From: Clostridia bacterium
Lineage (GTDB): Bacteria; Bacillota; Clostridia; Christensenellales; CAG-917
Direction: 5' to 3'
DNA length: 64,000 bases
Assembly (NCBI GenBank): GCA_028710495.1
Contig: JAQUST010000004.1
Span: forward strand, 1,613 to 65,612
The notes beneath the pieces were generated by a model. It ran no database searches and was not told where the DNA came from. It saw nothing but the letters and a program-made list of their open reading frames with translations. The translations under genes and the position numbers were made by a program. This document shows, piece after piece, positions 37,506 to 45,980 of the stretch; position 1 is the stretch's first letter, and the number at the start of each line of letters is the position of its first letter.

Positions 37506-38657
37506 ATGACAGCAATTTTCGAAAGTACTTTTTCATATGAACACTGCAGCGCGCCACTCGCTATTATTGCTTTACCAGGTGCAGATGAACTTGCAAGACT
37601 TATAGACAAGCGGTTGCTCGCACTCTTTAAAGAATCAAACACAAAAAACTATCTGGAACGAGACACTTTTATTATCGAAACTGCTTATCCGCGTTTTACA
37701 ACCGGAGATGGCAAAGCAATGATAAATGAAACAGTTCGTGGCAAGGATTTATATATCATTTGTGATGTAGGAAATCATGGAGTTACTTACAATCTTATGG
37801 GGCACCAAGTTCCAATAACTCCTGATGAACACTATGCTGATTTGAAGCGTGTTATTTCTGCCGCAAACGGTAAACCAAATCGAATCACTGTTGTGATGCC
37901 TTTGCTTTACGGCGGACGTCAACATAGAAGGGCAGGAAGAGAATCGCTCGATTGCGCGGTTATGTTGCAGGAACTTCAGAATATGGGAGTTAGCGATCTC
38001 ATAACATTTGACGCGCACGACCCTAGAGTTCAAAATGCAGTTCCGCTTATGGGTTTTGATAATTATTTTCCAACATATCAAATACTTAAAGCGATGACAA
38101 GAAAATTTCCAGATGTAAAACTTGAAAACAACTTTATGGTTGTTTCTCCTGATGAAGGAGCAATGGCTAGAAACATATATTATGCTTCAGTTTTGGGTGT
38201 TGACCTTGGTATGTTCTACAAACGTCGCGATTATACAAAAGTGGTCAATGGCAGAAATCCTATTGTTGCTCACGAATATATCGGCTCACCAGTTATGGGT
38301 ATGGACATTTTTGTTGCAGATGATATGATTGCAACAGGTGATTCAATCATCAAACTAGCAACTGAATTGAAGGAGAAAGGCGCAAACAATATCTTCTTGT
38401 CAACGACATTCCCTCTTTTCACCGAAGGCGTTGAGAAATTTAACAAAGCATATGAAGAAGGCTTGTTTAAGGCAGTTGTTTCCACAAACCTTACTTATAG
38501 AATTCCAGAATTGCGTGAAGCGCCATGGTACGTTGAAAGTGATTTGTCCAAATATATCGCATTTATTATTGCAGCTTGCAATTTCAATGAGTCTGTTGGC
38601 AATCTTCTTGACCCGATTGATAAGGTCAGAAACTTGCTTAAGAAAATAAATAATTAA
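37506..38657 (+). CDS. prs: Ribose-phosphate pyrophosphokinase family protein (long 383-aa form)
   Basis: Motifs VVMPLLYGGRQHRR, ITFDAHD and VADDMIATGDS (PRPP-binding loop). GGAGG SD. Confidence 0.78.
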   Translation: MTAIFESTFSYEHCSAPLAIIALPGADELARLIDKRLLALFKESNTKNYLERDTFIIETAYPRFTTGDGKAMINETVRGKDLYIICDVGNHGVTYNLMGHQVPITPDEHYADLKRVISAANGKPNRITVVMPLLYGGRQHRRAGRESLDCAVMLQELQNMGVSDLITFDAHDPRVQNAVPLMGFDNYFPTYQILKAMTRKFPDVKLENNFMVVSPDEGAMARNIYYASVLGVDLGMFYKRRDYTKVVNGRNPIVAHEYIGSPVMGMDIFVADDMIATGDSIIKLATELKEKGANNIFLSTTFPLFTEGVEKFNKAYEEGLFKAVVSTNLTYRIPELREAPWYVESDLSKYIAFIIAACNFNESVGNLLDPIDKVRNLLKKINN

Positions 38658-38669
38658 AGGAGCAAATTA

Positions 38670-39320
38670 GTGAAGATTCAATGGTTAGGCCATTCAGCAT
38701 TCCGACTTGAAGAAAGCACGGGTACTGCTATAGTCACTGACCCCTATCACTCTTATGTGGGCTTCAAAATGCCCGAAACAACGGCCGATGCTGTGACAAT
38801 AAGTCATAATCATCGCGACCACAATTTTACTGGGGAAATTGGTGGGAATCCGGATATTATTCAAGGCCTTGGAGCTTTTGAAATAAAAGGAATCCACATT
38901 CAAAGCGCAAAAGCATACCACGACAATGTCAAAGGTGCAGAACGCGGTGAGGTCTTAGTCTACAAATTTAGAATGGATGGAGTTGAAGTTTGTCATCTTG
39001 GAGATATAGGTGAGGATTGTAATATCCGCATCGTTGAAACCATTATGCCTGTTAATGTGTTGCTTATTCCTGTCGGTGGTGTTTACACTATTGATGCCGA
39101 ACAAGCAAAAGAATACGTTGACAAAATTATGCCAGATGTCGTTATTCCAATGCATTTCCGCACTCAGGATAGCAATTTAGAACTGGATAAACTCTCTGAT
39201 TTTCTTGAACTATTTGATGATGACGATATTGTATATGTAGAAGGCGACACAGTCGAATTTGACCGCGCTGATTTTGATGGCGAAAGCACAAAAGTCATTG
39301 TTTTGGAAAAATTTAATTAA
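38670..39320 (+). CDS. MBL-fold metallo-hydrolase
   Basis: 216 aa. MKIQWLGHSAF ... ISHNHRDH (HxHxDH-type motif). GTG start with AAGGAG 7 nt upstream. Confidence 0.75.
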   Translation: MKIQWLGHSAFRLEESTGTAIVTDPYHSYVGFKMPETTADAVTISHNHRDHNFTGEIGGNPDIIQGLGAFEIKGIHIQSAKAYHDNVKGAERGEVLVYKFRMDGVEVCHLGDIGEDCNIRIVETIMPVNVLLIPVGGVYTIDAEQAKEYVDKIMPDVVIPMHFRTQDSNLELDKLSDFLELFDDDDIVYVEGDTVEFDRADFDGESTKVIVLEKFN

Positions 39321-39406
39321 ATTTCATACTTAAGTAATAAAAACAAAATACGCAATAGTGCACCTGATAATTGGTGCACGTTTTGCGAAATTATTCAGGA
39401 GGCTTT

Positions 39407-40951
39407 ATGTCAAAACACGTCTACACAAAAGAAGAGCTCGCCGATAAAAATATTTTCGAGCTTCGCGATTTGGCTAAAGATGTGGGAATTCCTTCCCCAA
39501 CAAAATTGCACAAAATTGAAATGATTGAAAAAATCGTTAACATTTCATCCGGCGTTACATCTGCACCAGCAGTTCCGCGCAGAGGTCGTCCGCCTAAACA
39601 AATTGAAGCAGCAGATGAAAAAGCGACAGAAACTCAACAAGTAGTTACTCAAAAGCATAATTATGAAACACATCAAAACTCACACACATCAAGCAATATC
39701 AACAGGGATGAGAACGAAAAATTGAATAACTATCCACGCAACAAACAAAGACAAAACTATGATGAAGTGCAAAACGGAATGGCAGAACCACAGCTAGAAG
39801 ATGAAGAAAGAGAGGGTCTGCTCGACATCCATTCAGACGGATACGGCTTTTTACGAGTTCAAAATTGTGAATTCAATGATAAAGACGCCTATGTAAATGC
39901 TGTCAAACTTCGCAAAATGGGTCTAAGAAGAGGCGATTTGGTGAAAGGTATTGCGAGACCAATGCAAGACGGAAAACCAGCCGCTTTGTTATCAGTGAAA
40001 ACAATTAACGGTGTTCCATTTGATAAACTCGGAAGGCGTCCAAACTTTGACGATTTAGTTCCAATTTATCCTGAAAAAAGATTAAAGCTTGAACTTTCTG
40101 ACAGCCCCAAAAGTTTTGCAACCCGTTGCATTGATTTGGTTGCTCCTATTGGCAGGGGACAACGCGCAATGATTGTTTCTCCTCCAAAAGCAGGCAAAAC
40201 AACTTTGCTAAAAATGATTGCGGCTGCAATTGCAAAAAATTATCCCGATGTTGAACTTATGGTCTTGCTTATTGATGAAAGACCTGAAGAAGTTACTGAT
40301 ATGAAACGCTCAATTAAAGGCGATGTTATTTATTCAACTTTTGATGAACAACCTGAGCACCACACAAGAGCGGCGGAATTGATGCTTGCCCACGCAAAAA
40401 GACTTGTTGAAATGGGAAAAGACGTTGTCATCTTGATGGATAGTTTGACAAGATTAGCACGAGCATACAACCTTACAATTCCACCAACAGGAAGAACATT
40501 GTCAGGAGGTATTGACCCTGGCGCGCTGCACAGTCCAAAGAAATTTTTTGGTGCGGCTCGAAATATTGAAAATGGTGGAAGCTTGACGATTATCGCAACT
40601 GCACTTGTTGACACCGGCAGTCGTATGGACGATGTCATTTATGAAGAGTTCAAAGGAACAGGCAATATGGAAATTCATTTGGACAGAAAACTTCAGGAAA
40701 AACGTGTGTTTCCAGCTATTGACCTCGCGAAAAGCGGGACTAGAAAGGAAGAACTTTTGCTCACTCAATCCGAACTCGAAGGCATTTGGAGCATCAGAAA
40801 AATTCTTTCGGCAGGTGACAGTTCAGAAGCTACTGAAAATCTCTTGAATATGATAGTCCGAACAAACACCAACCAAGAATTTATCGAGCAACTTTTACTT
40901 CAACAACGCGCTATTGATAAACAAGGCTTTGCTTTCAGAAAACCACAATAA
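39407..40951 (+). CDS. rho: Transcription termination factor Rho with an N-terminal insertion
   Basis: Motifs GYGFLR, Walker A PPKAGKTT, LIDERPEEV and SGGIDP. AGGAGG SD before the ATG at 39407. About 88 extra residues sit between the N-terminal helix bundle and the RNA-binding domain. Confidence 0.95.
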   Translation: MSKHVYTKEELADKNIFELRDLAKDVGIPSPTKLHKIEMIEKIVNISSGVTSAPAVPRRGRPPKQIEAADEKATETQQVVTQKHNYETHQNSHTSSNINRDENEKLNNYPRNKQRQNYDEVQNGMAEPQLEDEEREGLLDIHSDGYGFLRVQNCEFNDKDAYVNAVKLRKMGLRRGDLVKGIARPMQDGKPAALLSVKTINGVPFDKLGRRPNFDDLVPIYPEKRLKLELSDSPKSFATRCIDLVAPIGRGQRAMIVSPPKAGKTTLLKMIAAAIAKNYPDVELMVLLIDERPEEVTDMKRSIKGDVIYSTFDEQPEHHTRAAELMLAHAKRLVEMGKDVVILMDSLTRLARAYNLTIPPTGRTLSGGIDPGALHSPKKFFGAARNIENGGSLTIIATALVDTGSRMDDVIYEEFKGTGNMEIHLDRKLQEKRVFPAIDLAKSGTRKEELLLTQSELEGIWSIRKILSAGDSSEATENLLNMIVRTNTNQEFIEQLLLQQRAIDKQGFAFRKPQ

Positions 40952-40984
40952 ATTAACATAATTTGAAAACGTAATATGAAAATG

Positions 40985-41014
40985 AAATGCACAATATTAA
41001 TTGTGCATTTTTTT
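40985..41014 (+). terminator. Intrinsic terminator after rho
   Basis: AAATGCACAAT (40985-40995) pairs with ATTGTGCATTT (41000-41010) around loop ATTA, running into T7. Confidence 0.8.
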
Positions 41015-41271
41015 AACTCATAAATTTGAATTTATCACATTTTTGCTTGCTTCAGATGTCAAAATAGTGCATAATAATTAAGGCTGTGAGATGAAGCGTA
41101 TTTATAGTAATTTAATTTTGATACTTATTTCAAAATTGCCGTTATGTATTAAGGTTTTTTTGAAAGTAAAGCTACTTTGATAGTTCAGCTACAATAATTA
41201 CTGATTGATAGTTGTCCGAGTGTTGTGAAACCGCAGGGTTACTCTGTTCTTTGCAAATAATAATAAATTAT

Positions 41272-41362
41272 GGAGAGTTGGCCGAGTGGTCGAAGGCGCA
41301 CGATTGGAAATCGTGTGTACCTCAAAAGGGTACCTAGGGTTCAAATCCCTAACTCTCCGCCA
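41272..41362 (+). tRNA. tRNA-Ser (anticodon GGA), CCA encoded
   Basis: Acceptor GGAGAGT/ACTCTCC. Anticodon stem CACGA/TCGTG with loop TTGGAAA. Long variable arm GTACCTCAAAAGGGTACC. T-arm TAGGG-TTCAAAT-CCCTA. Ends in G-CCA. Confidence 0.93.
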
Positions 41363-41363
41363 T

Positions 41364-41415
41364 AAAAAAAGAACCAAAGGCTACGCGTAAAGTGTTAGCC
41401 TTTGGTTCTTTTATT
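41364..41415. terminator. Bidirectional terminator after tRNA-Ser
   Basis: 14-bp stem AGAACCAAAGGCTA (41370-41383) pairs with TAGCCTTTGGTTCT (41396-41409), with A7 upstream and TTTTATT downstream. Confidence 0.8.
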
Positions 41416-41798
41416 AAATTACTTTTTTTAATTGGGGACACAGTTATGGACTTATATACTATATTTCATTTTCATTATAAAGATAATATAGTTGGCAATC
41501 AACTTGCTATTTGTGATTATGTATAATTAAGGTTACAATTTTCTGTCCGCTAAAATAATAGATAATTGCTCAAACAAATTTTACATAGACTTTTTTTGTT
41601 AACGCAAGCCTATTCACACGTCTAAAAAAACATAATTAACAAAGATATTAATTGAAGTTCATTGCTCAAAAAAACAAAACAAACTAGAGATAAAAGTTTG
41701 TATTGGCGAGTATGAGTTTGTATCGTTTTATCTAAAAATAATATAGTTCATCTAAAAATAAGTAAAAATAATTGGTATAAATCTGTTATCAGTTTTTG

Positions 41799-42260
41799 TT
41801 ATTTAATGCTTAATGAAATAAATTTTTCAGGAATATCCATTTTTTTTGCAACTTCTTTTATTGTCATGCCAGAATCTACAAATCTTTTACAAACAGTTTT
41901 TAGATTTTCGCCAACTTCAATTATATGATTATCAAGGTCATAAAAACGAACTACTCTTTGACCCCAACTATGTTCAATAACTTGATGAACATATTGTATT
42001 GTCGAAAATGTATTCAATTTTTCTATAAATGTGTCAAAGTTATCTTCTTCAAAATATATTTCCGCATCATTGTTGCCATAGAGAATAGGACTATTATTTA
42101 TAAAATCTTTCCATGTATCCTCTGTTTGCAGACAAACTCCGCCTGTCAAAGTAACATTTGCTCCAAAATCAATTATAACATTAAGTCCTAAAACTTCTTT
42201 ATAGAATTTTGTTGAGTTTTTTATATCTTTTACAACCAACAACGGATTTTTAAATTTCAT
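41799..42260 (-). CDS. VOC (glyoxalase/bleomycin-resistance) family protein with a short C-terminal HTH-like tail
   Basis: 153 aa. PLLVVKDIKNSTKFYKEVLGL, and later WGQRVVRFYDLDNHIIEV, are typical VOC beta-alpha-beta-beta-beta modules. Visibly more AT-rich than its neighbours. Confidence 0.7.
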   Translation of the reverse strand: MKFKNPLLVVKDIKNSTKFYKEVLGLNVIIDFGANVTLTGGVCLQTEDTWKDFINNSPILYGNNDAEIYFEEDNFDTFIEKLNTFSTIQYVHQVIEHSWGQRVVRFYDLDNHIIEVGENLKTVCKRFVDSGMTIKEVAKKMDIPEKFISLSIK

Positions 42261-42475
42261 AAAAATAATTCCTTTTTGTCATTTTTGTTAAGCATATTTT
42301 AGCATATTTCAAATGTAATTCAAGTTAAACTATATAATTTTGATTAATATTAAATACTATCTACTAATATCACTGCGATTAAATTATGTTGTTGAGTCTC
42401 ATTCTGTTTAAAAATTCATATTAAAACTTCATTAAAGCATATATCTCTAAACATTATTAAAATTCAATAGAGAAT

Positions 42476-42512
42476 TTAAAAAAAAAGACATCAAATTGAT
42501 GTCTTTTTTTAT
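42476..42512 (-). terminator. Intrinsic terminator after the YegP-like gene
   Basis: AAGACATCA (42485-42493) pairs with TGATGTCTT (42497-42505), flanked by A- and T-runs on both sides. Confidence 0.8.
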
Positions 42513-42583
42513 AAATTAATTATTCATATTTCATTTGATTGAACAAAAACAATCTTCTGAGTCGTTTAAAGTTAAGATTTGTT

Positions 42584-43522
42584 TCAGATGCTGTCATCGC
42601 GAATGACTTCAGCAGTTGGCGCATTATTACAGATAGATTTTATTCCGTTTTTGCAGCTTGCCTTTGATTTGTAGTCCGATGATATTGCCACAATTTCGCC
42701 GTTTCTTGCGCGCAGGCGGAAACGAAATAAATTGGCGTCATCGTAGTATATTTCCCATTTCGGATTTGCACAAGTAATCGATTTTTGAAGTGTTTGGTCT
42801 TCAATACCCGCTGTTCCAACTATTTTTTGAATGCTAGCGATGCCTGTTTTGCAAGCTGTCAATGATGTATAAGGCTCGCCAGTGGCTATTGTTTCGTGAT
42901 TTGGGGCAAGAAGTCTGAAAACAAAGTTTCCATTTTCGGTTTTTCTTATAATAAATTTTCCGCTGTATGGATGAGGCTCTTCATCTGCTGAATCTGTCTT
43001 TTGCACAGCATCGGTTTTTGCACTCTTTGGTTTTTGTGTTTCTGCAGTTGCAGGTTTCTTCGCGGTCACTTGAGTAGCATTGGTTTTGGGAGCTGCTTTC
43101 TTTTTTGGAGCGGACTTTACTTCAGCGGTCGCTTTTGCTTGATTTTCTAAATCAACAACTTTTTCTTCGACTTTTTCTATTTTCTCAATATTTTCTGTTT
43201 CATCAGAAGTTTTAGAATTTTGATTTTGTTCTAAAACAGGAATGGACTCAAGTTCTGCGGTTGTTTTCGGAAGCGAGTCAACTTCAATTTCGGGTTTGTC
43301 TTCCACTAACATTGCAGGCTCGGAAGTCTCTGGGATTTTTTCTTCGGCAGGATTGTTTTCTACACTAGCTTCAACTATGTTTGCTGTTGCTTGTTCTTCA
43401 ACAGCTATATCATTGACAATTTCTGCTTCTAAAAGTTCATTTTCCTCCGCAACAAGCTCTGCCTCCATAAATACGCTTTCCTCAAGTTGCTTCTTATGTT
43501 TCCTTCTACTAAATAATCCCAT
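42584..43522 (-). CDS. Tandem YegP/DUF1508-domain protein with a long acidic low-complexity N-terminus
   Basis: 312 aa. The C-terminus has two repeats of the YegP pattern (FVFRLLAPNHETIATGEPYTSLTACKTGIASI and FRFRLRARNGEIVAISSDYKSKASCKNGIKSI). The N-terminal ~185 aa are E/A/K/T-rich. AGGAGGG SD. Confidence 0.75.
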   Translation of the reverse strand: MGLFSRRKHKKQLEESVFMEAELVAEENELLEAEIVNDIAVEEQATANIVEASVENNPAEEKIPETSEPAMLVEDKPEIEVDSLPKTTAELESIPVLEQNQNSKTSDETENIEKIEKVEEKVVDLENQAKATAEVKSAPKKKAAPKTNATQVTAKKPATAETQKPKSAKTDAVQKTDSADEEPHPYSGKFIIRKTENGNFVFRLLAPNHETIATGEPYTSLTACKTGIASIQKIVGTAGIEDQTLQKSITCANPKWEIYYDDANLFRFRLRARNGEIVAISSDYKSKASCKNGIKSICNNAPTAEVIRDDSI

Positions 43523-43551
43523 ATTTCCCTCCTATTTTGTACATTATATAT

Positions 43552-43580
43552 ATTATAACACGAAATTATGCGGTTTTCAA
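43552..43580 (-). promoter_or_regulatory. Consensus extended -10 promoter for the YegP-like gene
   Basis: On the minus strand: TTGAAA (43580-43575), 17 nt, TATAAT (43557-43552), with a TGn extension. Confidence 0.65.
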
Positions 43581-43593
43581 TACCTAAATAGGT

Positions 43594-43621
43594 TTGAAAT
43601 TTGTCGAATATGTGGTATAAT
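43594..43621 (+). promoter_or_regulatory. Extended -10 promoter for pcrA
   Basis: TTGAAA (43594-43599), 16 nt, TATAAT (43616-43621), with TG at 43613-43614. The predicted +1 falls on the A of the ATG at 43628. Confidence 0.6.
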
Positions 43622-43627
43622 ATTCTT

Positions 43628-45856
43628 ATGAAAAATTTGTCCGCAACATTAAATCCCGAGCAATTGTCTGCAGTCGTCGAAAAGGACGGCTATATACTTG
43701 TATTGGCGGGTGCAGGAAGCGGTAAAACCAGAGTTTTGACAGCGCGTGTTGAACACCTTGTTGAGCAGGGGGTTTCACCGTATAATATTCTTGCAATAAC
43801 TTTTACAAACAAAGCAGCAGCAGAAATGCAATCTCGAATTACAAATGCTCTTGAAGGCAATTCTAAAGTATGGACAAGCACATTCCATTCATTTTGTGCT
43901 AGAATTTTAAGAATGGAGGCAGAATGGCTTGGCTACAACAAAAGTTTTTCAATCTACACTGATGTTGATAGCGAACGAGTGGTAAAGCGAATTATAAAAA
44001 ACAGAACAGATATTGATGCAAAACAACTATCGGTTTTTATGTGGCACATATCACGAGCCAAAAACGCCGGCTTGTGTCCTGATGATTATTATCAAGAAAC
44101 AAAAAACGATTTTGTTGATGCCGATGAAATAAGAAATATATATTCTACTTATGAGCGCGAATTGAAGTCATCAAATGCTCTTGATTTTGATGATTTGCTT
44201 TGGAAAACCGTTATTTTGTTTGAAAAATTTCCTGAAGTATTGAAAAAATATCAGTCCCGCTTTTTATACATCAATGTTGATGAATTTCAAGATACAAATA
44301 TGCTTCAATTCAAGCTTGTGAAGATGCTTAGTGATTTAAATCACAATTTGTTCGTTGTCGGCGATGAGGATCAAAGCATCTATAGCTGGCGAGGAGCTAT
44401 GATAAGCAACATTTTGGAATACTCTGAAACATTTAAGGGTGCAAAAGTCTACAAACTTGAGCAAAACTATCGCAGCACACCCGAAATTTTGACAGTTGCG
44501 AACAATGTTATCGGACACAACCGTCAGAGAAACGCAAAAAAACTTTGGACAAGCTCCCACGAGGGTCACGCAGTGACATATTTTGAAGCCTACAATGAAC
44601 GGGAAGAAGCAGATTTTGTTGCAAGAAATATTGCAAGACTTGTGAGTATGGGTGAAAACTATCGTGATTTTGCAGTTTTGGTTCGTGCTAATTCACTTAC
44701 ACGTATTTTTGAAGAAAACTTCAATTTGTATGGCATACCATACAGAATTTTTGGTGGCTTCAAGTTTTTTGAGAGAAAAGAAATTAAAGATTTATTGTCG
44801 TACATCCGTCTTGCTATAAATCCAAAAGATAATGAGAGTTTTCTGCGCTCAGTCTCTTTCCCAAAGCGTGGACTCGGCGAAGTAGCACTGTCGCAGCTGA
44901 TGAATCTTACAAGCGAAAACGCACAAGATTTTTATTCAGCTTTATGTTTAGTTGAAGATTCCAGTTTTACTTCATCCACAAAATCGAAGTTTTTAGCGTT
45001 TAAGGATATTATAGACCAAATGGTTGAGCAAAAAACTCAACAAAAACCAGAAGATTTTGTTCAGTTTGTTCTTGATATTTCAGGAATTCGCAATGTGCTT
45101 TCAGGCGGAAACGATGACGATAAAAATCGCCTTGAAAATATGGAAGAACTCGTGAGCGCTGTTGCCGCATTCCAGAAAGATAACCCAGAAGCGAGCATAG
45201 ATGACTTTATGCAGTCAGTTGCACTTGTTGCCGACACTGATGAAATGGATGACGAAAACTATGTCACTATAGCCACGGTACATGCTGTCAAAGGATTAGA
45301 ATTTGAAAATATATTCTCTATAGGTCTTGAAGACGGCATTTTCCCAACAAAAAGGGCAGTAGACAGCGGTGATATAGAAGAAGAACGCAGACTTATGTAT
45401 GTAGCATTGACAAGGGCAAGAAGCAAATTGTATGTTTCATGGGCAAGAAGCCGCTATCGGTTCAGTAGTGTAGAAAGCTTTCCTCGCAGTCGTTTTGTTG
45501 ACGAAATGAAAGGTGAGCGTAGCAAAATTGACAAGCAATCGGGTTATTCTGAATGTGCTCCGATTTATGATATGAAATTTGGAGAAGGCAGAAGCAATTT
45601 TGCTTCAAAATCCCAAAGAATGAGCGCGCAGATGCAAAAAAATAGCGCGAAAAACACAGGAAAAGACTCAAATGTTGATTATGATGCATTCAATAAAGAT
45701 GTTGTTGTTGACCACACAAAGTTTGGTCGTGGTTTGATTATTTCGGTGCAAGGCGAAGACGAAGACAAGATATGCTCGATTGCATTTCAAGGATTAGGAG
45801 TTAAGAAGTTTGCGCTAGCTGTTGCTATAAAAAGTTTATCTATAGTCAAAGATTAA
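43628..45856 (+). CDS. pcrA: ATP-dependent DNA helicase PcrA (UvrD family)
   Basis: LNPEQLSAV...VLAGAGSGKTRVLT, DEFQDTN, YRS and VHAVKGLEF motifs. Lies upstream of ligA, as in Bacillus. The alternative start is TTG 43601. Confidence 0.9.
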   Translation: MKNLSATLNPEQLSAVVEKDGYILVLAGAGSGKTRVLTARVEHLVEQGVSPYNILAITFTNKAAAEMQSRITNALEGNSKVWTSTFHSFCARILRMEAEWLGYNKSFSIYTDVDSERVVKRIIKNRTDIDAKQLSVFMWHISRAKNAGLCPDDYYQETKNDFVDADEIRNIYSTYERELKSSNALDFDDLLWKTVILFEKFPEVLKKYQSRFLYINVDEFQDTNMLQFKLVKMLSDLNHNLFVVGDEDQSIYSWRGAMISNILEYSETFKGAKVYKLEQNYRSTPEILTVANNVIGHNRQRNAKKLWTSSHEGHAVTYFEAYNEREEADFVARNIARLVSMGENYRDFAVLVRANSLTRIFEENFNLYGIPYRIFGGFKFFERKEIKDLLSYIRLAINPKDNESFLRSVSFPKRGLGEVALSQLMNLTSENAQDFYSALCLVEDSSFTSSTKSKFLAFKDIIDQMVEQKTQQKPEDFVQFVLDISGIRNVLSGGNDDDKNRLENMEELVSAVAAFQKDNPEASIDDFMQSVALVADTDEMDDENYVTIATVHAVKGLEFENIFSIGLEDGIFPTKRAVDSGDIEEERRLMYVALTRARSKLYVSWARSRYRFSSVESFPRSRFVDEMKGERSKIDKQSGYSECAPIYDMKFGEGRSNFASKSQRMSAQMQKNSAKNTGKDSNVDYDAFNKDVVVDHTKFGRGLIISVQGEDEDKICSIAFQGLGVKKFALAVAIKSLSIVKD

Positions 45857-45980
45857 TGATTGATACAATATGTTTGGATTTCTTTGTTGCTGTGACTAAA
45901 TGCTGAAGCAAAGAATTATTAATAAATATAATATATCCAAATATAATCGAAATTTCTCACAAACTCATTGAGGTTGAATT

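Noticed and set aside
41093-41167. A 24-codon hydrophobic ORF MKRIYSNLILILISKLPLCIKVFL between rho and tRNA-Ser.
   Set aside because: The SD is weak or absent and there is no supporting context. It is not reportable as a gene.
41446-41526. A 26-codon ORF MDLYTIFHFHYKDNIVGNQLAICDYV with GGGGA 7 nt upstream, just after the tRNA terminator.
   Set aside because: There is no recognisable family, no promoter and no conservation evidence. It could easily be chance in AT-rich DNA.
41363-43600. A prophage remnant or integrative element at tRNA-Ser.
   Set aside because: There is no integrase, recombinase or phage gene. I could find no duplicated copy of the tRNA 3' end in the window. Only a weak islet hypothesis is kept, as a finding.
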